Positions 1 to 9,400 of a stretch of 33,172 nt of DNA are shown in pieces. Where the stretch lies: positions 1 to 33,172 of the forward strand of contig JBDRFG010000029.1 of assembly GCA_043819135.1 (NCBI GenBank), read 5' to 3'. The translations under genes and the position numbers were made by a program. How positions within the stretch are numbered: position 1 is the stretch's first letter; each line of letters begins with the position of its first letter. Source of the stretch: Candidatus Eiseniibacteriota bacterium. Lineage in GTDB: Bacteria > Joyebacterota > Joyebacteria > Joyebacterales > Joyebacteraceae. The notes under the pieces are model-generated. The model was given only the letters and a program-made list of their open reading frames with translations, ran no database searches and had not been told where the DNA came from.

Positions 1-2
1 CG

Positions 3-2171
3 CAGCAGGTCTCGCTGCAGCTGTTCGACTCGTCGGGCGATCCGGAGCCGTCGGCCGTCGTTCCGATGAACGCGCAGAACGGAGTCTGGACAGCCATCGG
101 CCGGCCCGACTGGAAGGGGAAGTTCTACCTCTACGACGTCACGGTCTTCGTGCCCCGCACGGGCGCCGTCGAGCACAACGTGGCGACCGACCCGTACTCG
201 CGCAGCCTCTCCACGGACAGCCGCAGGAGCCAGATCGTGGACCTGTCGGATCCAGCGCTCATGCCGGAGGGCTGGAACGAGTTCGAGAAGCCGGGCCTCG
301 AGGCGCCGACGGACATCGTGATCTACGAGCTTCACGTCCGCGACTTCAGCGCGAGCGACCCGACTTGCCCGGACGAGTTCGTCGGAACCTACAGGGCGTT
401 CACGGTCGAGTCGAACGGGACGCGTCATCTCTCGGCGCTCGCGGAGGCCGGGCTTACTCACCTGCACCTGCTGCCCGCCTTCGACATAGCCTCGGTGAAC
501 GAGGACAAGTCGACGTGGCTGTATCCCGGCGACCTCACGCAGTTCCCCGCCGATTCCGACAAGCAGCAGGAGGCCGTCTCGGACATCAACGGTCAGGACC
601 CCTACAACTGGGGCTACGACCCCTACCACTACGGCGTGCCAGAGGGCAGCTACTCGACCGACCCCGACGGGGCCCAGCGCATCCTCGAGTTCCGCGAGAT
701 GGTCAAGGCGCTGTCTGACATGGGCCTCAGGGTCGTCATGGACGTCGTCTACAACCACACGCACGCGAGCGGCGTCAGCGACAAGTCCGTGCTGGACAAG
801 GTCGTGCCGGGCTACTACCACCGCCTGAACAAGGACGGGCTCGTCGAGACCAGCACGTGCTGCCAGAACACGGCGACCGAGCACGATATGATGGAGCGTC
901 TCATGGTCGACGACCTGGTCCACTGGGCGACCGATCTGAAGGTGGACGCGTTCCGGTTCGACCTGATGGGCCACCACATGGTCTCGAACATGGAGAGGGC
1001 GCGCGACGCCCTGCACGCGCTCCGGCCTGAGACGGACGGGGTCGACGGCGAGGCCATCTATCTCTACGGAGAGGGATGGGACTTCGGAGAGGTCCAGGGC
1101 GGCAAGCGCGGCAGGAACGCGACGCAGTCCAACATGGCGGGTACCGGCATCGGCTCGTTCAACGACCGCATCCGCGATGCCATCCGTGGTGGCAGCGCGT
1201 TCAGCGACCGACGCGAGCAGGGGTTCGCGACGGGCATGTTCCTCGACCCGAACGGTTTCAACCAGGGGACGGGCCCCGACAGGGGCACGCTCCTCAATCA
1301 GTCGGACAGGATCAGGATAGGCCTGGCGGGCAACCTCTCCGCCTACCGGTTCATCGACCACACGGGGCGCGAGATGCGCGGCGGGATGTTCGAGAGCGTT
1401 GGCTACGCCGCACAGCCGTGCGAGGCCATCAACTACTGCTCCGCGCACGACAACGAGACGTTCTTCGATAAGATACAGTATTCGGCCGCACCGTCGGCGA
1501 CGCTGGCCGACCGCGTGCGCATGCAGAAGATGGGTCTCTCGATCGTGGCTCTCGGCCAGGGCATTCCCTTCTTCCACGCGGGCAGCGACATGCTCCGCTC
1601 GAAGTCAATGGAAGCGGACAGCTACAACGCCGGCGACTGGTTCAACAGACTGGACTGGAGCTACGAGTCGAACAATTTCGGCGTCGGGCTCCCGTCGGCG
1701 GAGAAGAACCACGACCGATGGAGCATCATCCGTCCGCTTCTCGCGCGAGAGGACATCAGGCCCGGCCGCGATGAGATCCTCGCGACCGTGCATCACTTCC
1801 GCGAGATGCTTAGCATAAGAAAGAGCTCGCCGCTCTTCCGCCTGTGCACGGCCGAGGACGTGATGGCTCGAGTGAGGTTCCTGAACACCGGCGCGAAGCA
1901 GGTGCCGGGGCTCATCGTCATGGAGATCAAGGACGAGATGGACGGCCTGAAGCCGCTCGACCCGGCGAACCGGCGCATCGTCGTCCTCTTCAACGCGGCG
2001 AAAGAGGCGGTCACCTTCGATCACGTCGACTTCAAGGGAGTGGAGTTCATGCTCCACCCCGTGCAGACCGTGTCCAAGGACGAATGGGTCAAGCAGTCGA
2101 GCTACGACGCGCAGAAGGCGAAGTTCTCCGTCCCTGCGAGAACGACCGCCGTCTTCGTGGAGCGCGGGTGA
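3..2171 (+). CDS. pulA: Pullulanase-type alpha-1,6-glucosidase (GH13), 5'-truncated by the window edge
   Basis: The frame is open from position 3. Pullulanase motifs: [24 protein letters not shown] (nucleophile), YGEGW (acid/base), NYCSAHDN. Confidence 0.93.
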   Translation, partial: QQVSLQLFDSSGDPEPSAVVPMNAQNGVWTAIGRPDWKGKFYLYDVTVFVPRTGAVEHNVATDPYSRSLSTDSRRSQIVDLSDPALMPEGWNEFEKPGLEAPTDIVIYELHVRDFSASDPTCPDEFVGTYRAFTVESNGTRHLSALAEAGLTHLHLLPAFDIASVNEDKSTWLYPGDLTQFPADSDKQQEAVSDINGQDPYNWGYDPYHYGVPEGSYSTDPDGAQRILEFREMVKALSDMGLRVVMDVVYNHTHASGVSDKSVLDKVVPGYYHRLNKDGLVETSTCCQNTATEHDMMERLMVDDLVHWATDLKVDAFRFDLMGHHMVSNMERARDALHALRPETDGVDGEAIYLYGEGWDFGEVQGGKRGRNATQSNMAGTGIGSFNDRIRDAIRGGSAFSDRREQGFATGMFLDPNGFNQGTGPDRGTLLNQSDRIRIGLAGNLSAYRFIDHTGREMRGGMFESVGYAAQPCEAINYCSAHDNETFFDKIQYSAAPSATLADRVRMQKMGLSIVALGQGIPFFHAGSDMLRSKSMEADSYNAGDWFNRLDWSYESNNFGVGLPSAEKNHDRWSIIRPLLAREDIRPGRDEILATVHHFREMLSIRKSSPLFRLCTAEDVMARVRFLNTGAKQVPGLIVMEIKDEMDGLKPLDPANRRIVVLFNAAKEAVTFDHVDFKGVEFMLHPVQTVSKDEWVKQSSYDAQKAKFSVPARTTAVFVERG

Positions 2172-2247
2172 CCGGGTCCGGGCTGGAGAGGTGCGTAGCG
2201 TCCGCGCGGCGGGAGGAGAGACCGGCACCGGAGGAGCCGAGCCGGAC

Positions 2248-2337
2248 ATAGAGCGGGCGACTGGAGGATAGGTTCGCAACCGATCCAGCCGCCCGGGCAG
2301 GAGCGAGAACGCGCTAGACGCCCTCTGCTCCCTCTAC
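2248..2337 (-). ncRNA. Candidate ~90 nt small RNA (three-way junction), no family recognised
   Basis: Starts after a 6 nt spacer from a TTGACA-N17-TAGATT promoter. Folds as P1 GUAGAG/CUCUAU, P2 GGAGC-A-GAGGGCG/CGUUCUC-GCUCC, P3 CGGGCGGCUGGA/UCCAGUCGCCCG. All 4 non-Watson-Crick pairs are G-U on the minus strand and would be A-C on plus. Confidence 0.6.
2255..2333. repeat. Direct repeat copy 1 (79 nt)
   Basis: Hand alignment to 2848-2925 gives 67/79 identical (11 substitutions, 1 gap). Confidence 0.92.
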
Positions 2338-2343
2338 TTGCAC

Positions 2344-2372
2344 AATCTACGGAGCGCGCCGTATTTTGTCAA
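2344..2372 (-). promoter_or_regulatory. Sigma70 promoter for the candidate sRNA
   Basis: Minus strand TTGACA (2372-2367), 17 nt spacer, TAGATT (2349-2344). Confidence 0.75.
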
Positions 2373-2623
2373 GAGAAACCCGACGCGAGGGCCTGTTGCG
2401 CCGGGAGCCCAGCCCGTGGAGCCGAGTGCACGGCCGGAGCCGCGCCGACACCGGACCTCTGCAACGTAGATGCGAATGAGGAGAGTCGGTTCAGCGCGCC
2501 GCGGACCGTGTGCGGTGAATGACGAGTCAATCGTTGTTTCCTGCGTTGCACGTGGGGTCTCCCGGGGACTCGATGTCATTGGTTCCATGGCGCGATCTCG
2601 GTGTCCGAACGGCACCTTTGCTA

Positions 2624-2652
2624 TTGACCAGTTGACGAAGTTTTGGTACCCT
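2624..2652 (+). promoter_or_regulatory. Putative distal sigma70 promoter
   Basis: TTGACC (2624-2629), 17 nt spacer, TACCCT (2647-2652), in an AT-enriched stretch. Confidence 0.45.
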
Positions 2653-2762
2653 CCTATCCAGTGTTGCTTGAATGCGGATATGTCGTGGACGACTCGCGGT
2701 AGCAACTGGAATAGATAGCAGGCGTCGCTCTGCTAGGCTTCAACCTTAGTGTGCAATACTTG

Positions 2763-2791
2763 TTGACCGTGGCATGCATGTTTGATAGACT
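2763..2791 (+). promoter_or_regulatory. Sigma70 promoter for the com-like/pilus transcript
   Basis: TTGACC (2763-2768), 17 nt spacer, extended -10 TGa-TAGACT (2786-2791). Confidence 0.65.
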
Positions 2792-2847
2792 GCCCACGCT
2801 GTGTTGAACGTGGGTCACACGTAGTGAAGTACGAGGCAGTAGAACAA

Positions 2848-2925
2848 GGGCGATCGGGGATAGGCTCGCAACCGATCCAGTCGCCCGGGCAGGAGTGAGG
2901 ACGCGCTCAGCGTCTTCTGCTCCCT
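2848..2925. repeat. Direct repeat copy 2 (78 nt), in the predicted 5' leader of the com-like gene
   Basis: About 85% identical to 2255-2333 and keeps both hairpins. The GGAGU-GAGGACGC/GCGUCUUC-U-GCUCC helix has two G-U pairs on the plus strand. Confidence 0.92.
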
Positions 2926-2964
2926 TATTGCGTGGACCGGGGCAGTGGAGAGAGGAGGTAGATC

Positions 2965-3000
2965 GTGTCCTGTCTCCTGACCCGGGTTCATGCCGGTTGA
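2965..3000 (+). other. Possible 11-aa upstream ORF (MSCLLTRVHAG)
   Basis: SD AGGAGGT (2953-2959), 5 nt spacer, GTG start, TGA at 2998-3000. Confidence 0.3.
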
Positions 3001-3060
3001 GCGGACTCGAGCGTCTGCAGAACTCCGCCGCCGCCAGCAACCGACCGCGAGGAACGATTG

Positions 3061-3249
3061 ATGGAGCACCGCGCCGAGAGTGTTGCCGAGGTGGAAGTGT
3101 CTGATGTGCGCTGTCCGAATTGCGGATTGCTGCTTGCGAGGAGAGACGGCGGTCAGCTGGTCGTTCGTTGGAAGGAGCTTCGCGTCAGCGTCGTCGGAGG
3201 CGCCACGAGGATCAACTGCCGTCGATGCGGCACGGAGTGCGAAGCCTAG
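3061..3249 (+). CDS. Small zinc-ribbon protein resembling phage Mu Com (translational regulator family)
   Basis: 62 aa with D-V-R-CPNC-G-LLL-A ... I-N-CRRC-G, the Com-type RCxxCxxLL...IxCxRC pattern. GAGGA SD at 3049-3053. Alternative TTG start at 3058. Confidence 0.7.
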   Translation: MEHRAESVAEVEVSDVRCPNCGLLLARRDGGQLVVRWKELRVSVVGGATRINCRRCGTECEA

Positions 3250-3337
3250 CCGGTGATCCTGTGCGGCCGGTGGACCGTGCGGCCACAATGAGCGTGTCCT
3301 CTTAAGGTGTCGGTGCCTTTCCGAGGGAGAGAGAACA

Positions 3338-4402
3338 GTGACCAGAGGTTCGAGAAGCCCGAAGCACCCACGGAGGAGTCTGGCGTGCCCGCCGCGTCCC
3401 TGCTCTCACGATGAGGCAGTGCGTGGCTCTTCTTGTCTGGGGCCAGCGCCGTTCAGACTCGGCGGGCTCCGTGCAGTCGCGGTGGTCGCTGTGGCCCTGC
3501 TTGCTTGCGCGCCGGTCCGCGCGCATGCCGACCCGAGCTTGACGATGGATCCGCCGCTCGTTCATCTGGGCTCCTTCTCGACACTGGAGCCGCTTGAATC
3601 CGACCTCGTGTCGGGGACAACCGACATCGTGATCATATCGACCGAACCCTGGTGGCTCGAAGTCCAGGTGGCCGGTCCCATCCATCGGATTTCCGACGGG
3701 CTCGAGCTGCCAATGGAGCGCGTGCCCGAGGCCTACCCGGGCATCCCGGATGAGATCATCAACCTGCAGCCCTACATCTACAACTGGGCCTCGGGATCGG
3801 AATCGCCCGTGATCATCAGCGGCGAGTGGCTGGAACTCTCAACGATCGTGGAGGCGTACCTTGAGCCCGGCGATCCGCCGGGAACGTACGAGGCGGTTCT
3901 GTTCGCCCGGCTTCTGGACAGCGATGGGAGTCCGGTGACCGGCTACGAGACACTGACGATGCAGTTCGACGTGGAGCCGTGGGTGGATCTGGTGATGACC
4001 ACCCTGCCGGACTATGAGATCAGCGTCCCCGATGGGACGTTCGAGGGTGAGGGCGATGTCGTGCTGGTCAGCCTGGCCAGCAACACGAGTTGGGTTCTCT
4101 CTGTCCGCGGAACCGGAGACCTGTTGGACGAGCAGGGCGGCGGCGCAATAGGAGTGAGTGCCCTGTCGGTTTGTGGTGAGGAGGTTGGCGGAGGAATCAC
4201 ACGGAGGCCCTGGAGGTCCGGGTGTGAGACGGTTCAGTTGAGTCCGACTGCTCTGGCGGCGGGCGGCGAACCGGATCCATTTACCGTGTCTCTGGTGGAG
4301 ATTCCGATATTCTTCCGCTTCGAGGGCGAACCACCGCTCCCGGCCGGAAGGTATGGTGCTTCCTTGGTGTTCGAGGCAACGGCGAATGGGTTCGCGCCAT
4401 GA
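3338..4402 (+). CDS. Secreted two-domain pilin/adhesin-like subunit
   Basis: Hydrophobic signal core ending AHA-D. Two beta-rich repeats each end in a pilin-like last strand (PPGTYEAVLF, PAGRYGASLVF). Sits next to chaperone and usher genes. Start codon uncertain. Confidence 0.6.
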   Translation: MTRGSRSPKHPRRSLACPPRPCSHDEAVRGSSCLGPAPFRLGGLRAVAVVAVALLACAPVRAHADPSLTMDPPLVHLGSFSTLEPLESDLVSGTTDIVIISTEPWWLEVQVAGPIHRISDGLELPMERVPEAYPGIPDEIINLQPYIYNWASGSESPVIISGEWLELSTIVEAYLEPGDPPGTYEAVLFARLLDSDGSPVTGYETLTMQFDVEPWVDLVMTTLPDYEISVPDGTFEGEGDVVLVSLASNTSWVLSVRGTGDLLDEQGGGAIGVSALSVCGEEVGGGITRRPWRSGCETVQLSPTALAAGGEPDPFTVSLVEIPIFFRFEGEPPLPAGRYGASLVFEATANGFAP

Positions 4403-4660
4403 TGCAGCCAGAAGAAAGGGGGGGTGTCTAGGGGCAGGTTGCTTCACGTTCGGGCGGTCCCGGACGGTGGTGGAACCACCGGCTGAGGCCACGCTGGCGA
4501 CGAGGGCTCTGGAGGAGCGCCGACACGGAATGACGATCGGAGCACCGAGCAAGGGACCCGCCGCACGCGCGACTTCTCAGCCGAGAGTGCCGAGGCGACG
4601 AGCAGGAATCTGTGGCCTCGGCGGCAGAAACCGTTTGACCTACCAAGGAGGATTGCGAAA

Positions 4661-5212
4661 ATGAAGTGGATTATCTCACTCGCGTGCCTGGCCCTCATGT
4701 TTGGAATCGCCGTGGCAGACGAGACCGACGAGGCCCTGCTGGAAGTGTTCGTCGAGGTGGACGCCAACATGACAGTTGCCCCGGGTGCCCCTTTCATCGA
4801 CCTGCAGTCAGTCCAGGTCGGCCCGATCACGGGGTACATTCCGTTCATCGTCGACGCGAACACGCAGACCTGCATGTTCTACGCTGCCGCGTCGAGGCTC
4901 TACAAGGGCGATGATCCGATCAGCCCCGAAGTTCCGCCGATCGATCTTCTCGAGGCGTCCGGGATCAACTTCAGCGTCCCCGATGGCGATCCCACGGGCG
5001 GCGCGGACAACAACGCCTGCTACATGGGCGACACCGTGATCAACGGGTTCCCTGGTAAGTTCTGCGAGTGGATCGAGTTCGAGAGCTCACAGAACAACCG
5101 CTTCAGCCAGACGATGACGCTCGAAGTGACGTGGTTCCAGGACAACCCCGAGAAGCCGATGGGCGAGTACAGCGGCTTCGTCGAGTTCTTCGCCATGATC
5201 GTTCTCCCTTAA
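4661..5212 (+). CDS. Putative major pilin subunit 1
   Basis: Strong SD AAGGAGG, Sec signal peptide (AVA-D), 183 aa, C-terminal GEYSGFVEFFA strand typical of chaperone-usher subunits. Confidence 0.7.
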   Translation: MKWIISLACLALMFGIAVADETDEALLEVFVEVDANMTVAPGAPFIDLQSVQVGPITGYIPFIVDANTQTCMFYAAASRLYKGDDPISPEVPPIDLLEASGINFSVPDGDPTGGADNNACYMGDTVINGFPGKFCEWIEFESSQNNRFSQTMTLEVTWFQDNPEKPMGEYSGFVEFFAMIVLP

Positions 5213-5352
5213 GGGGAAACCCCTGGGTTGAGCGAGGAGGGACGTGGCCGCGGAGCTGCGCCGCGGGCTTGTCATCTTGGACTGCGGCAAGGTGTGCGAG
5301 AATTGCCGCCGGGCGTTCACTCCAAAGCAGTAATCGGATGCGGAGGCAGACC

Positions 5353-5381
5353 CCCCGGTCGGGCACGGCGCCCGACCGGGG
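5353..5381 (+). other. 12-bp GC-rich hairpin downstream of pilin 1 (stabiliser or attenuator)
   Basis: CCCCGGTCGGGC-acggc-GCCCGACCGGGG with no U-tract. Confidence 0.55.
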
Positions 5382-5519
5382 CCGCCGCCGACAGATGGCG
5401 TCCGTGCAGTCCGCGCCGGGAAGAGAGCGATCGCTTCTTCCGCCGGGCGCGGGAACCGTCAACCGTTCCAGTTGACCTGACGACCGTCCCGGTGAACAGG
5501 TCCCATGAGGCCAATAGAA

Positions 5520-6380
5520 ATGAGACATCTTTCACAAGTGGCTAATAGAGTGCTCCGAATCTCCGGAAGAACTGCCGGCCTGTTGGCGCTGCTCGCGCTT
5601 CTTCTGCCATCACTGGCGGGGGCCACGCTCTCGATCGAGCCGGCGTTCGTCGAGCTGGCGCTGGACAAGGGCAGGCCGTCAGCCGTCATCACGGTCACCA
5701 ACGTGACCGATCAAGAGACCCGGTATCGCGCCCAGCCCGCGCACTTTGTCTACAAGACGGACGGAAACTTCGAGCTGCAGGAGCCTGATGGTCAGTCGCT
5801 GGCACTCTGGTTGAAGTTCAATCCTCGTGAGTTCACGCTCGCTCCCAAGGAGAGTCGTGCGATCCGGCTGAGCGTCGTTCCCCCCAAGAACCTGGATGAC
5901 GGCGAATACTGGGCGGCCCTGCGGTTCGAGCCGCTGGAGGGGATCATTTCCAGGGGCGACGATGGCGCCGGACGCTCGGTGGCGGTAGAAGTGCGGGCGA
6001 ACATACTGGTCCCGATAGTGGGGCGCGTCGGCGAGCAGACGTATGTCTGCGACTTCAAGGACCTCAAGGCCTGGAGAAGCGACGAGGGTGTCGCGATCGT
6101 CGCGAGTATTGTCAACACCGGCACCGCACGTGTTCGCGTGAACGGCAGCTACGAGATCGTGGACTCCGCCGGGAACGAGGTGGCCGGAGGGGTGTTCGGT
6201 GAGGCCACGATCCTGGCGGGCGGCGAGAGAGTGTTCTCGCAGGTGGTCGAGGGCGAGTTCCCGGATGAGAACTACGACGTCCGCATTCGCTACACGTCGG
6301 AGACACTGAAGGACGATCTTGCGGGCCTCACTCACGTTCGCAACGAGGCTCCCGCCGACCTTCCGGGCGATGAACACTAG
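5520..6380 (+). CDS. PapD/EcpB-like pilus assembly chaperone
   Basis: Signal peptide, then LSIEPAFVEL...ITVTN...WLKFNPREFTLAPKESRAIRL...GEYWAAL, then a second Ig domain with NTGT. Alternative start at 5505. Confidence 0.82.
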   Translation: MRHLSQVANRVLRISGRTAGLLALLALLLPSLAGATLSIEPAFVELALDKGRPSAVITVTNVTDQETRYRAQPAHFVYKTDGNFELQEPDGQSLALWLKFNPREFTLAPKESRAIRLSVVPPKNLDDGEYWAALRFEPLEGIISRGDDGAGRSVAVEVRANILVPIVGRVGEQTYVCDFKDLKAWRSDEGVAIVASIVNTGTARVRVNGSYEIVDSAGNEVAGGVFGEATILAGGERVFSQVVEGEFPDENYDVRIRYTSETLKDDLAGLTHVRNEAPADLPGDEH

Positions 6381-6474
6381 ATTGCGGATCTTCCATCCTG
6401 AGGCGGCGGTCAGTCTCGTCGATCGGGAGCCATCCCAGCGGCCCCCAGCTTCTGTGAGGCCCAGAGGCCTGACC

Positions 6475-9400
6475 ATGGTGACGGAAAGCACGGGCAACAC
6501 GAGCGAGCGTCGACGGAAGTCGAGAAGCGAGGCGCGGTTCTCGCAACGCGCGAGACACGCGGCCTTCGCGGCGTCCTCCCGGCCAGGGTGTTCCCGGCTC
6601 CTCGTCGGTGTCCTGACGTTCGCCATCGTCCTTTCTGCCTGCACGTTCGCCTGGGCCCAGAACTCTGATGTCACCGCCCAGGCTGCAGACTCGCTTGCCC
6701 GGCAGCCGCGACTCGCCCGGGCCGCGCAGTCGGTGATCGAGACGACACTGGCGGGCCTCACGCTGAACGGGAGGGCTCGCTGGGAGAGACTCGTCCTGTC
6801 CGACCTCGACATCGTGGTGCGGGAGGACGGCACGCGGTTGTTGCCGCTCCTGCGGATACTCCGTGCACTCCACATTGATGTGGCCGACTCTGGGGGATCC
6901 CTGACCTTTCACCCGGAAGGTGCGAGCAAGGTCGTGCTCGACTACGAATCGGGTGAGGTCGCCTTCGGCCAGACGTCGCGCGAGGTGACACTGGTCGTCG
7001 GTTTGTCCGATCTCACTTTCGAGCCCGAGGTCTACGTTCCAGACGATCTGGTTGTGGAGCTTCTGGCGATCGACTCGCAATGGGACGCACAACGCTACGA
7101 GTACACCCTCTCCGCGGAACGCGAGCTGAGTGTCTTCCGGGAGAGGGGTCGCACACCCTCTCTTCTCGCGCGCTCGCGTGGGCCGGTGAGCATCGACCTG
7201 CCGGGCAATCTCCCGCCCGCCCCCGTCGATCGATCGCTGGCTCCACGTCTCGACTTCGCAAGCGTCCGGACGCGGTCAAGCGTCATCACTCGCGAGAACG
7301 ACGACAAGCTCTCGGGGGCGTTCTCCCCCCCTCGCCTCGAGATGTGGGGCCGCGTGCTCGGAGGGAGACTGAGCGCCGCGGTGAGGCAGAACGACACGTG
7401 GCCGACCGAGGGGTACAGCGTCGACCGAACATCGTGGCACAGCTGCTTCAGCAACGTGGAGGTAGAGGTTGGAGCCAACAGCCTCGGGCTCTCGCAGTTT
7501 GCGTTTCCGTCGATGAACCTGCTCGGTGCGAGGATCAACGGGAGCTTCGGAGGGTCGGGCGACGATCGTGGTCGAGACCTATCACAGATGGGGAGGCGTC
7601 AGAGGTACCAGCCCACGCAGATCGTTGAGGGGTATGCACCTCTGGGTTCGGAAGTCACGCTCGAGATCAATGGACAGACGGTCGACGTTCAGATCGTTGA
7701 GGACGAAGACGGAGCTCCTCCCGGGGAGGGGATCTATCGCTTCGACGGCTTCAATCTGTTCACGAGTCGGCTCAACAGCGTTCGCGTGATAGTGGTCGCC
7801 CCCGATGGGACGGTCGATGAAACTGAACGCCAGGTGCTTGGGTCGGATCAGCTGGCCGACGAGGGTGACATGACATTCATGGGCGCCGTCGGCGGGAGAC
7901 GACTCCCGTCTACCGACGGTCTGTCCTCACAGGGCTTTTTCGCCGGGGGGCGGCTCAGCTACGGGCTCAGCAGCAACCTGACGCTCGGCGCAACGGCGGC
8001 GATCCAGGATGGGCTCTACGAGGAGGACACGGCGATAGCCTACGTTGGGGCGGAGAGCGATACGCTGCCCTCGAAGAGCCTCCACGCGGGGTCGCGCTGT
8101 GTCTGGCGCCCCTTCGGTCCCCTCCTGGTTCAGGTGGAGGGTGCCGGAAGCCGCGTCCCCGATACCTCGGAGAGCGACTGGGCGGGCAAAGCCGGCGCAG
8201 AACTGCACGTCGGCGGCGCGCGCCTGTACCCCGCGCTCTTTCGGTATGGTCCGTCGTTCTTCGACGGCCGGAACGCCGAACTCCGGGATGTGTTGGGCGG
8301 GAGTGCGAGTCTTGTCTGGCGCTCCGTCGGTGGGAACGAGGTGGCTGTCGGTGCCTGCCGCTCGCGGGACAACCTGGACCGGCACCAGGAGGAAACGACC
8401 CAGCTCACCGATTTCGCTTTCAACGTCGACGCACGCACGCTCATTCCCCGATCGACTCTATCCCTGGGCACCAACGTGCTCTGGATAGGAGAGGATTCAC
8501 CGCTGCGATTTGACGTACTCGGCCTGAACACGGGTCTGCCATCCGGTTGGTCTCTCCGCAGCCGTTTCGTTCTCGGAGACGACCTCCGGGCCGCGTTGCG
8601 AGATGAACTCCCTGACGGTTCGTCGTCTCGGTTCGACAGGATTCGCAGGCAGGCCGCGGCGTACGATGCGCGTTCCGCGCTGGGATCGAGCGTCCTCGGC
8701 ACGAGAGTCGAACTCAGGCGCAGGCTGAGTTCGAGTTGGCAGCTGGCCCTCTCTCACAGGACCTCGCCGAGTCTCACGCGCACCTCGGCTGATCTCACTC
8801 GGAACCGCGCGGCCGACGGCCGCTGGCAATGGCGGCTCACGCCGGGGTACGACTGGGACCGGCAAACCCCGTACCTGCAGAACCGCCTCGAGTACCTCGT
8901 CGACTCCGGCCACCGCAATCGCATCGTTCTCGAGACCCAGTTTGTCGAGAACGACTGGTTCGCCCGTCTGTCCATCCAGATGCAGTTCGATGTCGGGTTT
9001 GTCGGCAATCGCCCGGTGTCTCTTGGAGACAGCTACATGAATCCCGACGTTGGAGGAGTCAAGGGCAGGGTATTTGTGGATTTCAACGGCAACGGGCTTC
9101 CCGACGACGGCGAGCCGGGACTGGAGGAAGTTGACGTCACGTCGGACATGGGGCTCCAGGTCTCGTCAAAGAAAGGGGGCCTGTTCGTTATTCCGAACAG
9201 CTCTCACCGGCGTGGGGCGACCGTCGGCCTCGTGCCCGAAACTCTGCCGGCAATCTACACACCGACGCAGGCGACTCAGGAGGCCATCCTGCGGCCGGGG
9301 ATGCTCACCGAGATCAACCTCGGTGTGGGCGCCTTCGGTTCGATCACGGGGTGGGTGCGAGCCCGGAGCGACGGGGAGGAGCCGCAGGGCGTCGGCGGCG

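Noticed and set aside
2255..2300. ZTP (pfl) riboswitch resemblance (GCGACUGG...AGGU...CGCCCGGGCA)
   Set aside because: The GGCG needed for the pseudoknot and the GGGGAGC segment are missing, the downstream genes are not purine/folate genes, and the G-U pattern favours the opposite strand.
2248..2337. HDV-like or hammerhead ribozyme, SRP RNA or tRNA for the candidate sRNA
   Set aside because: No CUGAUGA/GAAA core, no consistent HDV P3/P1.1 with catalytic C, no SRP domain IV motif, no T-loop or CCA.
2255..2925. CRISPR array or integron attC sites
   Set aside because: Only two copies 593 nt apart, no cas or integrase gene, no RYYYAAC/GTTRRRY ends.
6319..6474. ORF-track start of the usher at 6319
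   Set aside because: It overlaps the chaperone and has no SD. ATG 6475 is more plausible.
4418..7331. G7 tract (4418-4424) and C7 tract in the usher (7325-7331) as phase-variation sites
   Set aside because: Too short to be distinctive in GC-rich DNA, and the reading frame is intact.
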